A stretch of 59,987 nucleotides of DNA from a virus (IMGVR_UViG_3300041779_000001:1-59987); one strand, 5' to 3'. Shown: positions 8,531-18,722, counted from the first letter of the stretch. The notes: a model not told the origin generated them from the sequence alone. Numbers and translations are program-made.

Positions 8531-8737
8531 TCAGAATCCCCAGAGAATTAGGCCGTGTCGGTCAGTACTAATGACCCCGACATCAAAGAATCCGCAGTTT
8601 CGCTTCAGCCAGAAGATCCACTGGGCACTGGATGAGGGATCGGTATCGACTCGAGCTTGACCATCGCGGCGGAGATCAGCAGCGAGGTCGCCCAGCCGAT
8701 CGATATCCAGCCCTTGGGGTTCAAGGGGAAAGGTCAT
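8531..8737 (-). CDS. Hypothetical protein, 68 aa, coupled to a 13-aa leaderless upstream ORF (8775-8734)
   Basis: ATGA overlap at 8734-8737; upstream promoter TTGACT-N17-TAGCAT. Confidence 0.5.
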   Translation of the reverse strand: MTFPLEPQGLDIDRLGDLAADLRRDGQARVDTDPSSSAQWIFWLKRNCGFFDVGVISTDRHGLILWGF

Positions 8738-9008
8738 GGCCGGATCACCTTTAGGCGGTGCGGGTATTTGGTCATGCCTCAATGCTATGGGCAGGGGGCA
8801 TACGAGTCAAGGCGCATAGGGCTATCCTCAAGCGATGGGCTCGCCATCATCGCCCAATCATGCCTACTCGCTAGCCCATGCGATTAGGAATATCCGTAGG
8901 GCTCTCTAATGGGTGATTGCGCATGACTGATCGATGCGCGATGCGAGCTATTAACCACGCCAATGAAGGCCGGCCCTGGCGCGGGCCGACCCTCGGGTGT
9001 GTGGGAGA

Positions 9009-9494
9009 TCAGCAGTCCTTTTCCCACTGCTGGGAGATTATGTTGCGGACAGTTTCCCGGGCGGAAGCACCGTCGATGTAGTTCTTCTCGAGGTCGGCGT
9101 AGTGAGGTAGTGACTCACCATTGGTGTGATACCCGTAAAGTATCTCCACTTGATCCACCCAACCCTCGAAGAAATGGGTGTACTTGTCGGAGGTCTCAAG
9201 GACCGCATCTCCTATGCGATCCATGTCAACCTCTCCTTCACCCAGGGGGCGGAACTGCTCGACCAAGAACTTGAACCGCGCCTCCTTTATCTTCTCGCTG
9301 CGGTGAACGAAGATGCCCTTGTCTCGAGCCTTGTTGTTGGCCCAAGTGCCGGAGTAACCGCAGCCCGACTCCTTGCAAGAAGCGAAGTGCCCCATGATTT
9401 TCCGGCCCTTATGGGTGATGGGGGAATAGTATCTGCGCATCTCGTGGAACGTAGGGTCAGTCCCAGGCAGGGGGTTCGGCTTGGTCTTGGTCAT
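9009..9494 (-). CDS. Hypothetical protein
   Basis: TGACCGAGGAGG leader (9499-9510) and TTGACG-N17-TACTAT promoter. Confidence 0.8.
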   Translation of the reverse strand: MTKTKPNPLPGTDPTFHEMRRYYSPITHKGRKIMGHFASCKESGCGYSGTWANNKARDKGIFVHRSEKIKEARFKFLVEQFRPLGEGEVDMDRIGDAVLETSDKYTHFFEGWVDQVEILYGYHTNGESLPHYADLEKNYIDGASARETVRNIISQQWEKDC

Positions 9495-9617
9495 GAATCC
9501 TCCTCGGTCAGGGGGGCAGCTGATGTAACCATAGTATCCTTCTTATAATGCCCCGTCAAGGCTTTGCCGGCAAGCATTACTTACACACCACGAGGGCCGC
9601 CGAAGCGGCCCCCGAAG

Positions 9618-10043
9618 TTAGTCCCAGTCAAGGGGTATGGGATGAACTGTCATTCTTCCTTCACCCGACCGAGGAAGGGAAGAGGGCTCGAGCATCGCAG
9701 TCTCGTGGAGCTTGGCGAAATACTCCGACTTGTCTCGGCGCTCCCGAAGTTCCTTCGCCAGCTCCCGTTCCATTATCCGCCAGTCACGGATAAAGTCCCC
9801 ATGGTGCCGAGTCATGAGTCGACCAGTGGGGTCAGCTCGAAAGACGTATTCCCCTCCACACCATGCCCTGAAGATCCTGCCTTCGTTCTTGGACTTGATG
9901 CTGTTCGTGTCTCGCCCCCGGGTCATACCAAGAGCTGCGATCTGGTCAGCCCGTTTCTGAGCCTCGCTCGCATACCAGTATAGCTGGTCGTGAGCAGCTA
10001 TCGAGGTCGGTACCCTGGGTGTAGAGAAGATCTTAAATGTCAT
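9618..10043 (-). CDS. Hypothetical protein
   Basis: Overlaps the upstream gene stop; GGAGG RBS. Confidence 0.7.
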   Translation of the reverse strand: MTFKIFSTPRVPTSIAAHDQLYWYASEAQKRADQIAALGMTRGRDTNSIKSKNEGRIFRAWCGGEYVFRADPTGRLMTRHHGDFIRDWRIMERELAKELRERRDKSEYFAKLHETAMLEPSSLPRSGEGRMTVHPIPLDWD

Positions 10044-10596
10044 CCTCCACCTCGCTGAAGTCGAGAGTCTGTGGTTCTGGCGTGGTGATCAGTCCCTCAG
10101 TTTGCTTCGCGGGATGATCTTCGGGTAGTGATTCGACCAAGCCCGGGATTTTATTGAGAGGGAGCTGAGGGACGAACCTACCCTGCTTCATCGTCAACCC
10201 GTGTCGCTGCATACGGGCACCGATGCCGGCAAAGCGTTCCTGCAAGGTATCGCCATCGAGGGCGTTGCGGTGAAGCCCCTGCTTGTTGTCCTTGTCGACC
10301 CTCGGTCGTGGTGTGGGACTATCCTTGCGCTGCCCCGGGATCAGGCCGGCCGTGGTGGCGAGCTTGACCTGAGGAGAAGGCTGCCGATTGCGCCGAGTTC
10401 GGGTGGAATTCCAGGTGTCGAAGGCCTTCTTGATGACCGGTACATCCTCCTCAGGAAAGTCATAGCGACCCCCCTGCCCCACCGCAGTATACCCCGAGTC
10501 CTTGTCTCGGAGAAACTTGCGCAGCTGCTTTGCGTCAGTGCCGATCCTGGAAGCGACTTGCTTGGCTGAGTAGGTTTTTTTGCCATCTTCTGCCAT
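10033..10596 (-). CDS. Helix-turn-helix DNA-binding protein
   Basis: YSAKQVASRIGTDAKQLRKFLR...VGQGGRYDF; leader motif 10603-10614; TTGACT promoter. Confidence 0.75.
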   Translation of the reverse strand: MAEDGKKTYSAKQVASRIGTDAKQLRKFLRDKDSGYTAVGQGGRYDFPEEDVPVIKKAFDTWNSTRTRRNRQPSPQVKLATTAGLIPGQRKDSPTPRPRVDKDNKQGLHRNALDGDTLQERFAGIGARMQRHGLTMKQGRFVPQLPLNKIPGLVESLPEDHPAKQTEGLITTPEPQTLDFSEVEDDI

Positions 10597-10748
10597 GGTC
10601 ACCCTCCTCGGTCATAGGTGGTGTGCCCTAAATAGGGTAGGGCAATACTGCCATACTCTTGGCTGATAAGTCAAGGTGAACGACAGGGCCGTTTGAACAT
10701 ACCTCCTCCTCTCATCTCGGTGGATGAGATTATGAGGAATGAAGCGAT

Positions 10749-11033
10749 TTACCGATCGCGGTCAGCGGGGTCGAAAGGCGCCATCCTATCCTCTGCGATC
10801 ATACGAAGGTTGTTGCGTCTGACGAGGCTAAAGTCATGCTCGATGATGTGATGGAACAGGGACCGGATCGCGGCCTTGGGGATGACGATGAAGTCGATAC
10901 CCCAGCATTTGGGGCAGGCATAGATGGTAAATCCCGCGACTACCATCTCATCCAGGTGTGCGAAGATAACTTCGCAAGAGGACTCACTGCACTGGTAGAG
11001 CTCGTTGCTCTTCGGCTCAAAGTCTTCGCCCAT
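10749..11033 (-). CDS. Hypothetical zinc-ribbon protein
   Basis: CSESSC...CPKCW; leader motif 11040-11051; TTGACG-N17-TAGGGT. Confidence 0.7.
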   Translation of the reverse strand: MGEDFEPKSNELYQCSESSCEVIFAHLDEMVVAGFTIYACPKCWGIDFIVIPKAAIRSLFHHIIEHDFSLVRRNNLRMIAEDRMAPFDPADRDR

Positions 11034-11121
11034 TATGTGCCTCCTCGGTCAAAGGTGGGTGATGCAGCTACCCTACCTCGGCATCATGTGGGCGTCAAGG
11101 CTCTTGGCCAAATTTAATTCT

Positions 11122-11319
11122 TCAACGACTGATACAGTGTGATGAATTGATCGGTAAGGGCGAAGCCTGCCCAGGCAGTGAGCCTACATCATGCCGAGGT
11201 CTAACACTGAGATAGCATCCGGAATCTGGCATATCGGGGCCCCAGAGTAGGGCCGATATTATTGCCAAGGCCGCGAGGAATATACTCACGATGATTGCCG
11301 GCATGAAGTCACGATCCAT
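11122..11319 (-). CDS. Small membrane protein
   Basis: One hydrophobic helix; AAGGAG RBS. Confidence 0.55.
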   Translation of the reverse strand: MDRDFMPAIIVSIFLAALAIISALLWGPDMPDSGCYLSVRPRHDVGSLPGQASPLPINSSHCISR

Positions 11320-11379
11320 AACATAACTCCTTACAAGCCGAGAGCCCGGGTCGCCCCGGGCCCCGACGGTCAGTGTAAA

Positions 11380-11880
11380 CTAGTGGGCGTCATTCGGGAA
11401 CCTGGTGTCAGGCTCGAACGTAAGCCCCGTGTGAGGCTTGTCCTTGCCGTACATGTACAGGCCGTACCTCTCGGAAAAGTCCATTACCGGCTGAGACCAA
11501 ATCCATGCGGAAAATCCCGCGCGGACCTCATCATTCTGCAGGTACTTGCTCAGCGAGTCGGCCGGGATACTGACCAGGTCCATCCCGGGGTCCTCATCAT
11601 TCCATGCCTCCCCGAAGAAAAGAACATCCCCCACGATGGGGTGAGCGAGGGGATAGCCGGAGAGGAACTGGGCCCGCCGGTTGACCGGCAGACCTCGGCT
11701 ATGTCCATCATCGTCGACCAGCATCACGCAGTTGGTATCTGCCAGATGCCGGGTCCTGACGATCTCGGGCATACCGATGTCGGCCCGCTTCAGGAGGTCC
11801 TTGAGAGCCTCCTCATATACCCCAGTCTTGACTGTCTCATCCGAGGGCAGGAGAAAGCCCTTGAGTACTCGGTCGGTCAT
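11380..11880 (-). CDS. DUF3846-like protein
   Basis: LVDDDG...GLPVNRRA...PIVGDVLF; TTGACA-N17-CAGCAT promoter. Confidence 0.65.
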   Translation of the reverse strand: MTDRVLKGFLLPSDETVKTGVYEEALKDLLKRADIGMPEIVRTRHLADTNCVMLVDDDGHSRGLPVNRRAQFLSGYPLAHPIVGDVLFFGEAWNDEDPGMDLVSIPADSLSKYLQNDEVRAGFSAWIWSQPVMDFSERYGLYMYGKDKPHTGLTFEPDTRFPNDAH

Positions 11881-11942
11881 CGGATCGTCCCCTCATTTGG
11901 TTGATGTGGCATTAGCAATGCTGCCATTGCGCGGGGCTGGTG

Positions 11943-12164
11943 TCAAGGCAAGCTGACCTCTTCGATGCTTACCATGCACGGGGCGCTGGACGAAGCGGCG
12001 GTCAAGGGCTCGCCGCAAACTCCACACCCAACTTGTTCGCCGACGGGCATTCCCGGCCACTCGACGACCAAAGGCACCCCGGTGAACGGATCCACGATGA
12101 CGTCCACCGGAACTACTGTTACCTTGCTCCACTCGTGCAAGACTACCGGAGTTTGAGTTGTCAC
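11943..12164 (-). CDS. Hypothetical protein with CxxC
   Basis: GTG start just after the upstream stop; GCGVCGEPL. Confidence 0.55.
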   Translation of the reverse strand: MTTQTPVVLHEWSKVTVVPVDVIVDPFTGVPLVVEWPGMPVGEQVGCGVCGEPLTAASSSAPCMVSIEEVSLP

Positions 12165-12172
12165 GTGACGTC

Positions 12173-12796
12173 CTATCGACGAGTTCGGGGGCGCTTTGCG
12201 GTGAGATAGGCACGGGGGTCGAAGTGTGGGGGACGAGCGGTGGTGGATACGGTGCGGTTGAACTCTTCGCGAACCCCACAGATCGTGCACCGACGACTCG
12301 AGGTGTCAACCATGTTGTGAAGCCCGGCGGCTTTGATCGCGTGATGGTTGAGGAACCATCGGAAGACGACTGGTCGACGGCAGTATGTACACCAGGTATG
12401 ACTCTCTTCAGAAGGTTCGATGCGGGGTCGCCAGAGGACACTTTTAGTGACCTGGATGGGTAGGCCATCAGCACCGAGAATGCGCTGACCGTTGCGCTCG
12501 TGATAGACGGGCCGACCACCCTGAGTGATCTTGACGATCCGCTCGGGAGGGCCGTAGGCGATACCTCGAGACTGGATGGTGCCGTCATGTAGCCTACCGC
12601 TCTTGATGTACTTCCGAATGGTCTTGAAAGCGTCGACATAACGTACGTACTCCTTCTTGCCCCATGGTCCGTTTGACTTCTGCTGTACATATACTCGCCA
12701 GGGCTTTTCGCCCTCCGAGGGTTCCAAAGTCTTAGGCACCGTAGTGAAGTACTGCTTGTACTTCGGATCGTCCAGCAACTCGGCGAGGGTGATCAA
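12173..12796 (-). CDS. Hypothetical zinc-binding protein
   Basis: WCTYCRRP..F..F..HHA...RCTICG; the leader motif at 12806-12816 favours a TTG start at 12796. Confidence 0.75.
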   Translation of the reverse strand: MITLAELLDDPKYKQYFTTVPKTLEPSEGEKPWRVYVQQKSNGPWGKKEYVRYVDAFKTIRKYIKSGRLHDGTIQSRGIAYGPPERIVKITQGGRPVYHERNGQRILGADGLPIQVTKSVLWRPRIEPSEESHTWCTYCRRPVVFRWFLNHHAIKAAGLHNMVDTSSRRCTICGVREEFNRTVSTTARPPHFDPRAYLTAKRPRTRR

Positions 12797-12978
12797 TGCC
12801 CCAGGCTCCTCGGTCATTTGGTGAATGGTGCAGCATCACAATATCGACCAGAGCACTGGGCGTCAAGGCACGTGGCATTGCTACTGGAATACAGCAACCT
12901 GTGAAGTTTGACAATAAATTGACGTCAATAAATAATGAAGTGACCAACCAACCATTTTCAACTTGGAAAGGACTAGAG

Positions 12979-13230
12979 ATGGCCTTCACACCCCCCGAAA
13001 ACCTCCCTGAAACGGAGGAAGACCTAGACAGTGCCCTGGCAAAGGTATATCTGGAGGGTAAGCGGGACGGCAAACGAGACTTGAGGTCGGAAATCAAGGA
13101 GTATCTTACCACTAAGTTCTACGGAGCCAAAGGCCGGGATCGTAGAGCTAACCCGGATGACCCGAAGATCCAGGCCATTCGGGAACTCATGCAAACACTG
13201 TACAGTAAGTTCGAGGATGGGTCTCTATGA
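12979..13230 (+). CDS. Hypothetical protein
   Basis: AAGGA RBS; ATGA overlap with primase-helicase. Confidence 0.65.
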   Translation: MAFTPPENLPETEEDLDSALAKVYLEGKRDGKRDLRSEIKEYLTTKFYGAKGRDRRANPDDPKIQAIRELMQTLYSKFEDGSL

Positions 13231-15272
13231 CAACTCCCAAGCCGGCAGTCGACCTCGGCAAAGCCCTTCGCATTATCTCGCGTGCATGGGGTAAGCAGTC
13301 TGGTTATGCCTTCTTCCCTTATATCGACCGAGCAGAACAGGAAGAGGCTGGACAGCGCCGAGCAGGCTTCCACGAGGGGCGGGCCTACGAGTGGCCCAAG
13401 GAAAAGGCCCAGATTCTTGAACACATGGCTGAGAACATCGGCCGTGATCTGTACTGGTGTCCCAACCTCTTCGAGGGCCCGGACCGCAAGTCAGAGCTCG
13501 CCATGGATGAACATGCCATGTGGGCAGATCTGGATGAAGCTGACCCTCGGATACTCAGTAATGAGTCCGACTTCAAACCTACAGTAGCTTGGGAATCCTC
13601 TCCCGGTCGGTATCAGGCATTGTGGCTGGGTAACCCCGATGTGGGTGATTTCCAGGGAGCTAGCTGGCCGGGTAACGAGAATCAGCGACTGAGCTATTAC
13701 CTCGGCGCTGACAAATCGGGCTGGGATACAACCCAGCTACTCCGGATTCCGGGTTGGCCCAACTGGAAACCTGAGTATCGCCGGAACGGCAAACCCCGCA
13801 TGGGTAAGCTGCTCTGGGATCGAGGGCCCATGTACAGCATGGAGGACTTCAAAGATCTCCCAGAGGTCAGAGGAGCCCTCACCCAGGACAAACTCGGCGA
13901 CATTCTTGAATCCGAAATCGATAACCTCGATCGATCCAAGATCATCGCTCGGATAAAGCTTAAGCTCAACCAGGTAGCTCGCGATCTGCTCACCTCCCGC
14001 ACAGCTGAGGGTCCACAGGGCTCGAGAGGGGATAATCTCTGGTACCTGATTAGATGCCTAGCAGATGCGGGCTGCACGGTTCAAGAGATCGTGGCAGTCG
14101 TTCGACCTTCGGTGTGGAATAAGTTCGAAGGCCGGCATGATGAGCTCAAGCGCCTGATCACTGAGGCGACGAAGGCCATCGATCAGCGCGATCCGGAAGT
14201 CGCGGAAGCTGTTGAGGAAGAGCAGGCACCCAAGTCGAGGCCCCAACGCCTCGCGGCCTTTCTCAAGAACGTGAAGCCGCCAACCTGGCTCGTGGATGGT
14301 ATCGCCACCGAGGGCAGCGTAGGCTTTATCGCCGGTTCACCGAAAAGTTTTAAGTCCTGGTTTGCCCTCGATCTCGCCCTATCCATCGCTACAGGTAGTC
14401 TCTTCCTCGATTACTTTCGGGTAGTCAAACCGGGTCGGGTACTATACATCCAGGAAGAAGATCCCGCTAGTACGGTCAAGGCTCGCACCAAGAAAATCTG
14501 GCGCAGTAAATCTTCAGATAAGATGACCATGGAACAGGGTGATGTACTCTGGTTGCCCGGTAATGACGACGACTTCGACCCCAACATCGACATTTACCTC
14601 ATGGAGGGCTTCGTAGTTTCTGAGGGTCATTGGCAAGAATGGCTCGATCAGGTAATGACTGAGGCCGCCGCTGAAGATGATCCCTACGTCATGGTTATTG
14701 TAGACACCCTCATGAACGTTGCCGGCGACGTTGAGGAAAACAAGTCACAAAGCATGACCACGAAGATCTTCAAGCCCATCAAGGTACTGATGAGGAAGCA
14801 CAATTCAGCTTTCCGTTTCGTTCACCACATGGGTAAGGGTGGCGATGATGGTACTAAACGAGGCGGTCAACGAATGCTGGGGGGCACAGCCAACCATGCC
14901 TGGGCTGAAGATAGTCTCTACATCTCAAGGGATAGTAAGCCTGGTCGAGTCAAGGTAGAGTTCGAATCCAAGTCAGCTCCCGAACAGCTTTACACCATCA
15001 GCGGTCTCGATAACCGCCTCTGGACTCCCTTCTTCGAGCCGGTACCCAAAAAGGATTCTCCCACACCCACAACGCCTGGCCGCGCACCGAGAGCCAAATC
15101 AAGCCAGCCTCACCCTGTCATGGAACTGCTCGGTCAAGGTGGTTCCTGGACTACACACGATGTCGCTGAGGCTACCGGAAAGCCCTACAATTCAACCTAC
15201 AAATCACTTCAGCGCTTCGAAGCGCGGGGTCTAATTACCAAGTCAGGCAAGGCCTGGCGACTAGGTACCTGA
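13227..15272 (+). CDS. Primase-helicase (RepB-like primase, AAA_25/RecA-like helicase, C-terminal wHTH)
   Basis: WADLD, WESSPGRYQALW, LLRIPG; Walker A GSPKSFKS; VLYIQEED; VIVDTL; FVHH. Confidence 0.88.
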   Translation: MTTPKPAVDLGKALRIISRAWGKQSGYAFFPYIDRAEQEEAGQRRAGFHEGRAYEWPKEKAQILEHMAENIGRDLYWCPNLFEGPDRKSELAMDEHAMWADLDEADPRILSNESDFKPTVAWESSPGRYQALWLGNPDVGDFQGASWPGNENQRLSYYLGADKSGWDTTQLLRIPGWPNWKPEYRRNGKPRMGKLLWDRGPMYSMEDFKDLPEVRGALTQDKLGDILESEIDNLDRSKIIARIKLKLNQVARDLLTSRTAEGPQGSRGDNLWYLIRCLADAGCTVQEIVAVVRPSVWNKFEGRHDELKRLITEATKAIDQRDPEVAEAVEEEQAPKSRPQRLAAFLKNVKPPTWLVDGIATEGSVGFIAGSPKSFKSWFALDLALSIATGSLFLDYFRVVKPGRVLYIQEEDPASTVKARTKKIWRSKSSDKMTMEQGDVLWLPGNDDDFDPNIDIYLMEGFVVSEGHWQEWLDQVMTEAAAEDDPYVMVIVDTLMNVAGDVEENKSQSMTTKIFKPIKVLMRKHNSAFRFVHHMGKGGDDGTKRGGQRMLGGTANHAWAEDSLYISRDSKPGRVKVEFESKSAPEQLYTISGLDNRLWTPFFEPVPKKDSPTPTTPGRAPRAKSSQPHPVMELLGQGGSWTTHDVAEATGKPYNSTYKSLQRFEARGLITKSGKAWRLGT

Positions 15273-15499
15273 CTTTCCTTATGCGCGCACGCCGGCCCGG
15301 ACAAGCTCCTTCCACGGATGGACCAACCATTATCCCACCAGGCGTTATGCCAGATAAGTTGAGACGTCAATGTAGTATCTACCCAACCCACGAAAGTCCC
15401 CTATGCGCACGTAATAATACCCGCGTAACAGCGAATGTAATGAGCTGGTAAGTATAGAATATACTTACTTACCCGCTGCAACCAAAAAAGGAAACCCCC

Positions 15500-15796
15500 A
15501 TGGACGAAACTGACCCCCTCGAAGCTCGAGATCAACGCCTCGCCCAACTCCGTACCACAGATCCAGTAGCCTGGGCCATCACACAGGGCAAACGAGGCCT
15601 TCTCACCATTGCCGAGTTCCTCCGCCTACCCCCCAACCAAGTAACCCCCGAGCTCCAACGACTCATTCGCACCAAGCAGGTAAAGGCCATCCCCTACCAT
15701 GGAACCAAGTCCTACCGACCTCAAAGCCAAGAAATGAAGAGACTAACTCGCCGAGCATATACGGTGAGAAGAAAAGAAGATCCTACCCTACGGTGA
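15500..15796 (+). CDS. Hypothetical protein
   Basis: AAGGAA RBS; shares LRxTDPxxWA...G motif with the next gene. Confidence 0.6.
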   Translation: MDETDPLEARDQRLAQLRTTDPVAWAITQGKRGLLTIAEFLRLPPNQVTPELQRLIRTKQVKAIPYHGTKSYRPQSQEMKRLTRRAYTVRRKEDPTLR

Positions 15797-15886
15797 AGAA
15801 GGCCCTGGCATTGCCATCGCCGCTCGATCGCTCCGCGCTCGCGCCGTGACAACACAAGATCAATTCTACCTCGGGAGTAATGGGAA

Positions 15887-16234
15887 ATGCAGGACTGGGC
15901 AGACGAAGTAGACGTTACCATCGAACAAGCTGACCACCTCAATGATCTCCAAAAACTCAGAGAAACTGATCCCATCCTCTGGGCTCTCATGCTAGGCCTC
16001 CGCACCAGCCGTTCCATCGCCCGCCACATCACCCAGCCCCACTACTACGTCCTCCGATACCTCCGAGCCTGCAAAATGGAAACGGGCCACGTCACTGACC
16101 GGGAAGGTCGCCGCTCGGTTGAGTGGGTGCTGACGGAAAAACTGCCCAATGAACTCTGGGAACTCACACTATGGGTACGGGCAGAACTCAAGCCCGGGGG
16201 CCTCTTCAATCCAAACGAGGAACGAGAAGCCTAA
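15887..16234 (+). CDS. Putative winged-helix protein
   Basis: LRETDPILWALMLGLRTSRSIARH...W. Confidence 0.6.
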   Translation: MQDWADEVDVTIEQADHLNDLQKLRETDPILWALMLGLRTSRSIARHITQPHYYVLRYLRACKMETGHVTDREGRRSVEWVLTEKLPNELWELTLWVRAELKPGGLFNPNEEREA

Positions 16235-16286
16235 CCTCACCGACAGGGTGATTGCGGGGCCCGGCTGGCTGATATAGGGTGGGGCC

Positions 16287-16505
16287 ATGCGAATCACACT
16301 GGCAGTAATAGCGGCCGCACTCATCCTGGGCTATACCCACATCTGGTGGCTGGCTGCCGGCGGGGGGATAATCGCCTACTTCTGGGTCCCCCGTCCGGCC
16401 TCCGCAAAGCGCGTGCTGGTCGAAGACCTCGAGAAGGGCACCGTCCGCATACAGCCCATGGACCGCGACACCGAGCACTACCTCAAAACTCGAAAGGACG
16501 TATAA
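16287..16505 (+). CDS. Small membrane protein (leaderless)
   Basis: Two hydrophobic segments; TAGGGT-N6-ATG. Confidence 0.65.
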   Translation: MRITLAVIAAALILGYTHIWWLAAGGGIIAYFWVPRPASAKRVLVEDLEKGTVRIQPMDRDTEHYLKTRKDV

Positions 16506-16509
16506 CTGA

Positions 16510-16677
16510 ATGGAAGCTGAAGAAATAGTCCGGGCCCTCGAATCATCCCCCGCAGAAATCCCCGACAATGCCGAGGTCAGCATACTCACCCCCGAGGCCA
16601 TGGTCTACAAAGTGGTCGAGGTCGAATATGAGGCCGAGACCAACACCGTCTGGCTCAAGGTAGAGGAGGTCGAGTAG
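16510..16677 (+). CDS. Small acidic protein, 55 aa, absent from the ORF track
   Basis: MEAEEIVRALESSP...VWLKVEEVE; fills the gap; AAGGA upstream. Confidence 0.65.
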   Translation: MEAEEIVRALESSPAEIPDNAEVSILTPEAMVYKVVEVEYEAETNTVWLKVEEVE

Positions 16678-16679
16678 TC

Positions 16680-17174
16680 TTGGCTCGAGAGATTCGACCC
16701 CTAGCTGACCCGGGTGTGGACGCCCTCGATGACAAGGTCCGCGCTCGGCTCGCTGAGATCAGGGCTGCGGCAGGCGTTCCACACAGCCAGATCTCGCTGG
16801 AGGTACTCTACTTCTTGCCCAAGGCCTTCCTGACGCAGTATGAGCAGATGTTCACGAGGGCTCTCAAGGCTGATGGTGGGGAAAGCCAGCGCAATGCTTC
16901 TCAGCATGAGGCTGGGCAAGTGGGTAAGGCCACTGGGGGACGAACTGGTGGTGCCGGCAAGAAGTACAAGAAGACCTTCGTGGTGCTAGATGAACGGGCT
17001 CTCCATCTGAAGACTGGGATGGATAAGCGACTACGCATGATAGCTCGGGATATCGAGGCTGGGCTGCTTGGGACGACAGTCGAGGCTAAGCAGGCGAACT
17101 GCGGCTCGTGTGGGATGTTCGTGAAGGCCGATTGGAAGTTCTGCCCCATGGATGGCATGCTGCTTGCCGATTGA
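16680..17174 (+). CDS. Hypothetical protein with C-terminal zinc ribbon
   Basis: CGSCG...WKFCPMDG; GAGGAGG RBS. Confidence 0.7.
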   Translation: MAREIRPLADPGVDALDDKVRARLAEIRAAAGVPHSQISLEVLYFLPKAFLTQYEQMFTRALKADGGESQRNASQHEAGQVGKATGGRTGGAGKKYKKTFVVLDERALHLKTGMDKRLRMIARDIEAGLLGTTVEAKQANCGSCGMFVKADWKFCPMDGMLLAD

Positions 17175-18722
17175 TGATGACGGGCTTGGAGCAGGGCACG
17201 GATTGATGGAAGTAGTGGGCACTAGAATATTATCCTGCTCACTACTTTCATCGTGTAGGGGCCCTCTCAGGGACAGTTTAGAGAAGCACTGCTGATCGCT
17301 GATCGATCGCATATCGAAGGGCATTAACCACGATGGATAATACACGCTTGGAATGGATCGAGTGCGAGCTCTGCGGTATGCTGTATACATGGTTCAGGGT
17401 GGAGGTTATTGAAGGGCTTGTGATGTATGGGTGGCTGCATAAGACTGATGGTGACTGCAGTAAGGACGGAGGATTGCAATGGAGTGAGTGACTACTTGGA
17501 GTGAGTAGGTCGAGGTGACTGACTACATGGGGCTTTGGTCCGAACTTGATGGGGTATCGGGGTTAGTGAGTTAGCTTACGGGGGAACCGGGACAGAGTGA
17601 CGAGGCTCGGGGATAAGGGGTGAAAGGACTACTGCCTGTCCGGGCCTTGATGGAGGAACGTGGTGTGTATGGTTGACTGCGGGTGAATTTCGATTAAAGC
17701 CTACGTTCACTACGGAGTTGGACCAAACACGGATCTGACGTACCGGTCGCTGGGGGGTAAACTGACACTGTCTAGAGGACTACTGGGATTCCGTAGAACA
17801 CTCTAGAGAGCACTACCCGAACCTGGGAGAAAACACGGGGAAAACACGGGGAAACTCGAGGCTTTTTTCGGGACTTTTCCTGGGAAAAAACAGGGAAATT
17901 CTCTGGGAAAAGACCCACCAATATACATATGTATACTATGCAGGACTTCAAGTCTATACCCGGGAGATGGTACTGTATCCCAGGGTACAAATCCTGGCTT
18001 TTCCAGTCTTTTCTAGTAGATAATCGTGTTGTCAATGTCAACGTCAACTTTTACATGGCTTAGGTTTATAGGTATTGACATTATGGTTGGTCGCAGAAAT
18101 TGACGTCAATGTGACATACATAGGAACCAACTTTAGGTTCGAGTTCCGGGTCAATTTCTCTGTCTGGAGTTTGTCTATACCGTAGCTGCAGCGCTTCCGG
18201 TCCGGTATTACGGGAGCTGCTGGGGTTTGGAGCCCAGGGAGTTGGCATCTTGGATGTCAGAACTTATTGGGAAACTTCAGGATACGTCGTAATAAAGTGC
18301 CATGTATCCCGAGTTAATACCCAGTACCATCCAAATCGGACATTGTCCCCGTTGCGTCCAAAGGGGAGGAAGGGGCGGTATGCCTCAATGCTACCATCTC
18401 CGTCATTGGGACCATAGGCGATGTTTGGGATTAATCTCCGGGAAGCGACGATCATGCGAAAACGGACATTGTAGATCATGTCGGCCTTGGAGCCCATATC
18501 CCCGTGAGGGGGCTAGGTGCATGATGAATCGACGCGATACGCTCTGTCAGTCGCCACGTGAGGGCGTAGGGGGGCATGCCCTGAAGCTAGCTATCCGGGC
18601 GAGGGTCACCCCCTCAGTGACGGCGTCAGGGGCCGCATCGACTCCCCTCACGCGCGCATGATCGCGAGTATGGGGGGCATAATCCTGGCATATGCCACCT
18701 CGGGGTTGATCATGGTATCGAC

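Noticed and set aside
9667-9676. Extra GACCGAGGA copy
   Set aside because: Lies antisense inside a coding region with no associated promoter or start; likely chance
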